From Planctomycetota bacterium (GTDB lineage: Bacteria > Planctomycetota > JAJSAM01 > JAJVHW01), in NCBI GenBank assembly GCA_965248445.1, contig CBDFJG010000003.1, positions 1,395,069-1,459,068 on the forward strand: a stretch of 64,000 nucleotides of DNA, in the 5' to 3' direction. Each line of letters starts with the position of its first letter. Position 1 is the stretch's first letter. The notes under the pieces are model-generated. The model had not been told where the DNA came from, made no database searches, and was given only the letters and a program-made list of their open reading frames with translations. This document shows positions 62,153-64,000 of this stretch, piece after piece. The position numbers were made by a program, and so were the translations under genes.

Positions 62153-63459
62153 AGGAGCCCCCTCGACTTCGCCTCGAGGTAGCGGTTGACGGACGCGGCT
62201 GCGAGATCGCCGGGGGGCAGCTCGATGCACTGCGCACCGCCCTCGGAGACCCGCCTTCGCGCCCGGCGCTTCTCTTCGATGAGCTCGGCAGCCGCCAGCG
62301 ACGTCGCCAGTTCCCGGGCGTCCCCCGGCGCGTGCTCTGCCAGTTCCACGACGTCGCGGTCGACGACGGTGAAGCACGTCACCAGGTGACGGGCGCGCAA
62401 GAGAGGCAGGCAGCGCAGGAAGTCGTCTCCCGCCACGCGGTCCGGGAAGTCGGTGAGGAACACGATCAGGGAGCGCCGCGTCTGCCGCGTTGCGAGCGCA
62501 GTGCACGCGGCGCGGAACGACGCGTCGAAAAGAGAGGGTGTGACGTCGTACAGCACGTCGAGCGCACGGCGCACCGTGGTCTTCCCGCTGCGCGGCGCCA
62601 TCCACGTGCGCGCCTCTGAGTCGAAGACGAGGAGGCCAAAGCGGTCGCCGCCCTGCGTCACCACGTGCGCGAGCACGAGCGCCGCGTTGACCGCCTCGTC
62701 GAGCTTTGACAGCTCTCCCGACCGGGCGGTCATCACCCGCGATGCGTCGACCACGACGATGACGTCCTGGCTGCGTTCGGGGCGATACACGCGCGAGATC
62801 GGGTTGCCGCGGCGTGCCGTGGCCTTCCAGTCGATGTCGCGGAAGTCGTCGTCTTGGTGATACTCGCGCAGCCGGTCGAACTCGCGGCCCCGGGTGAACC
62901 CCCGGCCGACGTGGATGCCGAGAGCGGCGAGATTCCGGCTCTTCTGCAAAGTGTCGTACCTCACCACCGCGGAGAGCGCCGGCACGACGCGGGTCGCCGA
63001 GCGGCAGGGCGGCTTGTAACGGCGCATCGCCAGGCCCGCCGAGATCCCGACGCGCACCCAGGGCTCCGGGATCTCGACGCGCCCGCGGTGCTGCGGAGTC
63101 ACCTTGTACGAGAGATCGACCGCCCCGTGCGCGGGCACCCGCGCGTGCACCGGGAACAACTCCTCGAACGGCACCTCGGTCTCGAAGGCGTCCGGCACCG
63201 GCTCGACGACGCGCACCGTGACCGGCAGGCCCAGCCGATTGCGCACCCGGAGCGTCACCGTCGTCGGTTCGCCGAGATCGATGGATCGATCGATCGTGCG
63301 CGTGACGACGAGGGCGCCGTCCGGCCGCGACGCACTCGGACGCAGGAACAGCCGGCCCTCGATCAGCACCAGGGCGGCGACGAGGAACAATAGCAACAAC
63401 GCGATCACACCGACGCCGGGCAGAACCGGCGCGGTGAACGCGAGCGCCGAAAGCAGCAC
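62149..63459 (-). CDS. DUF58 domain protein (VWA-like, MoxR partner)
   Basis: Two N-terminal TM segments, GEFDRLREYHQDDDFRDIDWKATARRG (DUF58 signature), then the VVVDASRVM... VWA-like region. Confidence 0.85.
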   Translation of the reverse strand: MLLSALAFTAPVLPGVGVIALLLLFLVAALVLIEGRLFLRPSASRPDGALVVTRTIDRSIDLGEPTTVTLRVRNRLGLPVTVRVVEPVPDAFETEVPFEELFPVHARVPAHGAVDLSYKVTPQHRGRVEIPEPWVRVGISAGLAMRRYKPPCRSATRVVPALSAVVRYDTLQKSRNLAALGIHVGRGFTRGREFDRLREYHQDDDFRDIDWKATARRGNPISRVYRPERSQDVIVVVDASRVMTARSGELSKLDEAVNAALVLAHVVTQGGDRFGLLVFDSEARTWMAPRSGKTTVRRALDVLYDVTPSLFDASFRAACTALATRQTRRSLIVFLTDFPDRVAGDDFLRCLPLLRARHLVTCFTVVDRDVVELAEHAPGDARELATSLAAAELIEEKRRARRRVSEGGAQCIELPPGDLAAASVNRYLEAKSRGLL

Positions 63460-63491
63460 CCCCGCGAGGATCGCAGTGCGTGACGGAAGTG

Positions 63492-64000
63492 TCAGCGGGG
63501 CACCTCGACCAGGCGGAAGACGTCGCGCAGGACGTCTTTGACCGTGACTCCTTCGATCTCGGCTTCAGGACGGTAGAGCAGGCGATGGTCGAGGACGTCC
63601 GGCGCGAGACCCTGGACGTCGTCCGGGTTCACGTACTCGCGTCCCGCGATGAGTGCAGAGGCCTTCGACGCGCGCAAGAGCGCGAGCGATGCGCGCGGAC
63701 CGCCCCCGAGCCGGACTGCGTCGTGGGCGCGGGTCGCACGCACCACGTCGCGGATGTAGTCGAGCAACGCGTCCTCGACGCGCACCGCGGACATTGCCTC
63801 GCGTGCGGCCACGAGTCCCTCGACGTCGAGCACCTGCTCGATGCCCGCCATGTCGAGGTTCTCCGAGGGACGCCCGGCGTGCGCACGCCGCAGGATCTCG
63901 CTCTCGTCGTCCACCGTCGGGTAGTCGATGGTCACCTTCAGCAGAAAGCGGTCGCGCTGTGCCTCGGGGAGCGGATACGTGCCCTCGAACTCGATCGGAT
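63492..64000 (-). CDS. MoxR-family AAA+ ATPase (C-terminal part; gene continues beyond the window)
   Basis: IEFEGTYPLPEAQRDRFLLKVTIDYP..., ...VRLGGGPRASLALLRASKASALIAGREYVNPDDVQGLAPDVLDHRL: sensor-2 and lid region of MoxR. Confidence 0.85.
   Translation of the reverse strand, partial: PIEFEGTYPLPEAQRDRFLLKVTIDYPTVDDESEILRRAHAGRPSENLDMAGIEQVLDVEGLVAAREAMSAVRVEDALLDYIRDVVRATRAHDAVRLGGGPRASLALLRASKASALIAGREYVNPDDVQGLAPDVLDHRLLYRPEAEIEGVTVKDVLRDVFRLVEVPR

Overview
Very GC-rich bacterial chromosomal segment. The organism is probably diderm, because lptB is present; phylum cannot be assigned from the sequence alone. About 85 percent of genes lie on the minus strand, and many are joined by ATGA, GTGA or TGATG stop/start overlaps. 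Housekeeping genes: lepA-lepB, rdgB-rph, lhr, a Leu/Glu-type dehydrogenase, moaA, nadA, dgt, etfBA, lptB and tRNA-Gly(CCC). Four insertion sequences interrupt the backbone: one IS3, two diverged single-ORF IS66-family copies and one IS1380. Each sits beside a gene remnant: an XRE HTH fragment, a lipoprotein fragment, a DUF2071 fragment and a radical-SAM-family remnant. Accessory content: an ArsR-headed MacAB/Dev-like ABC export operon ending in a Cys-rich lipoprotein, a large Big_1/DUF11 surface lipoprotein, a VWA/HEAT protein, tandem STAS genes, a rhomboid protease, and a translationally coupled MoxR-DUF58-SpoIIM-RDD-Yip1/B-box cluster. Most interesting observations, in order: (1) a redoxin gene with an in-frame TGA exactly at the first Cys of its CxxC motif, followed by a perfect hairpin, making it a candidate selenoprotein. 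(2) A structured two-hairpin element present twice with compensatory changes, one copy cut by an IS66 end. (3) The MoxR-linked zinc-finger membrane protein operon. (4) A REC/HD-GYP gene broken by a 1-nt homopolymer frameshift. (5) Several in-frame coding tandem repeats. No CRISPR array, rRNA gene or prophage was seen. All calls come from reading the translations and the sequence by eye; no database search was run.
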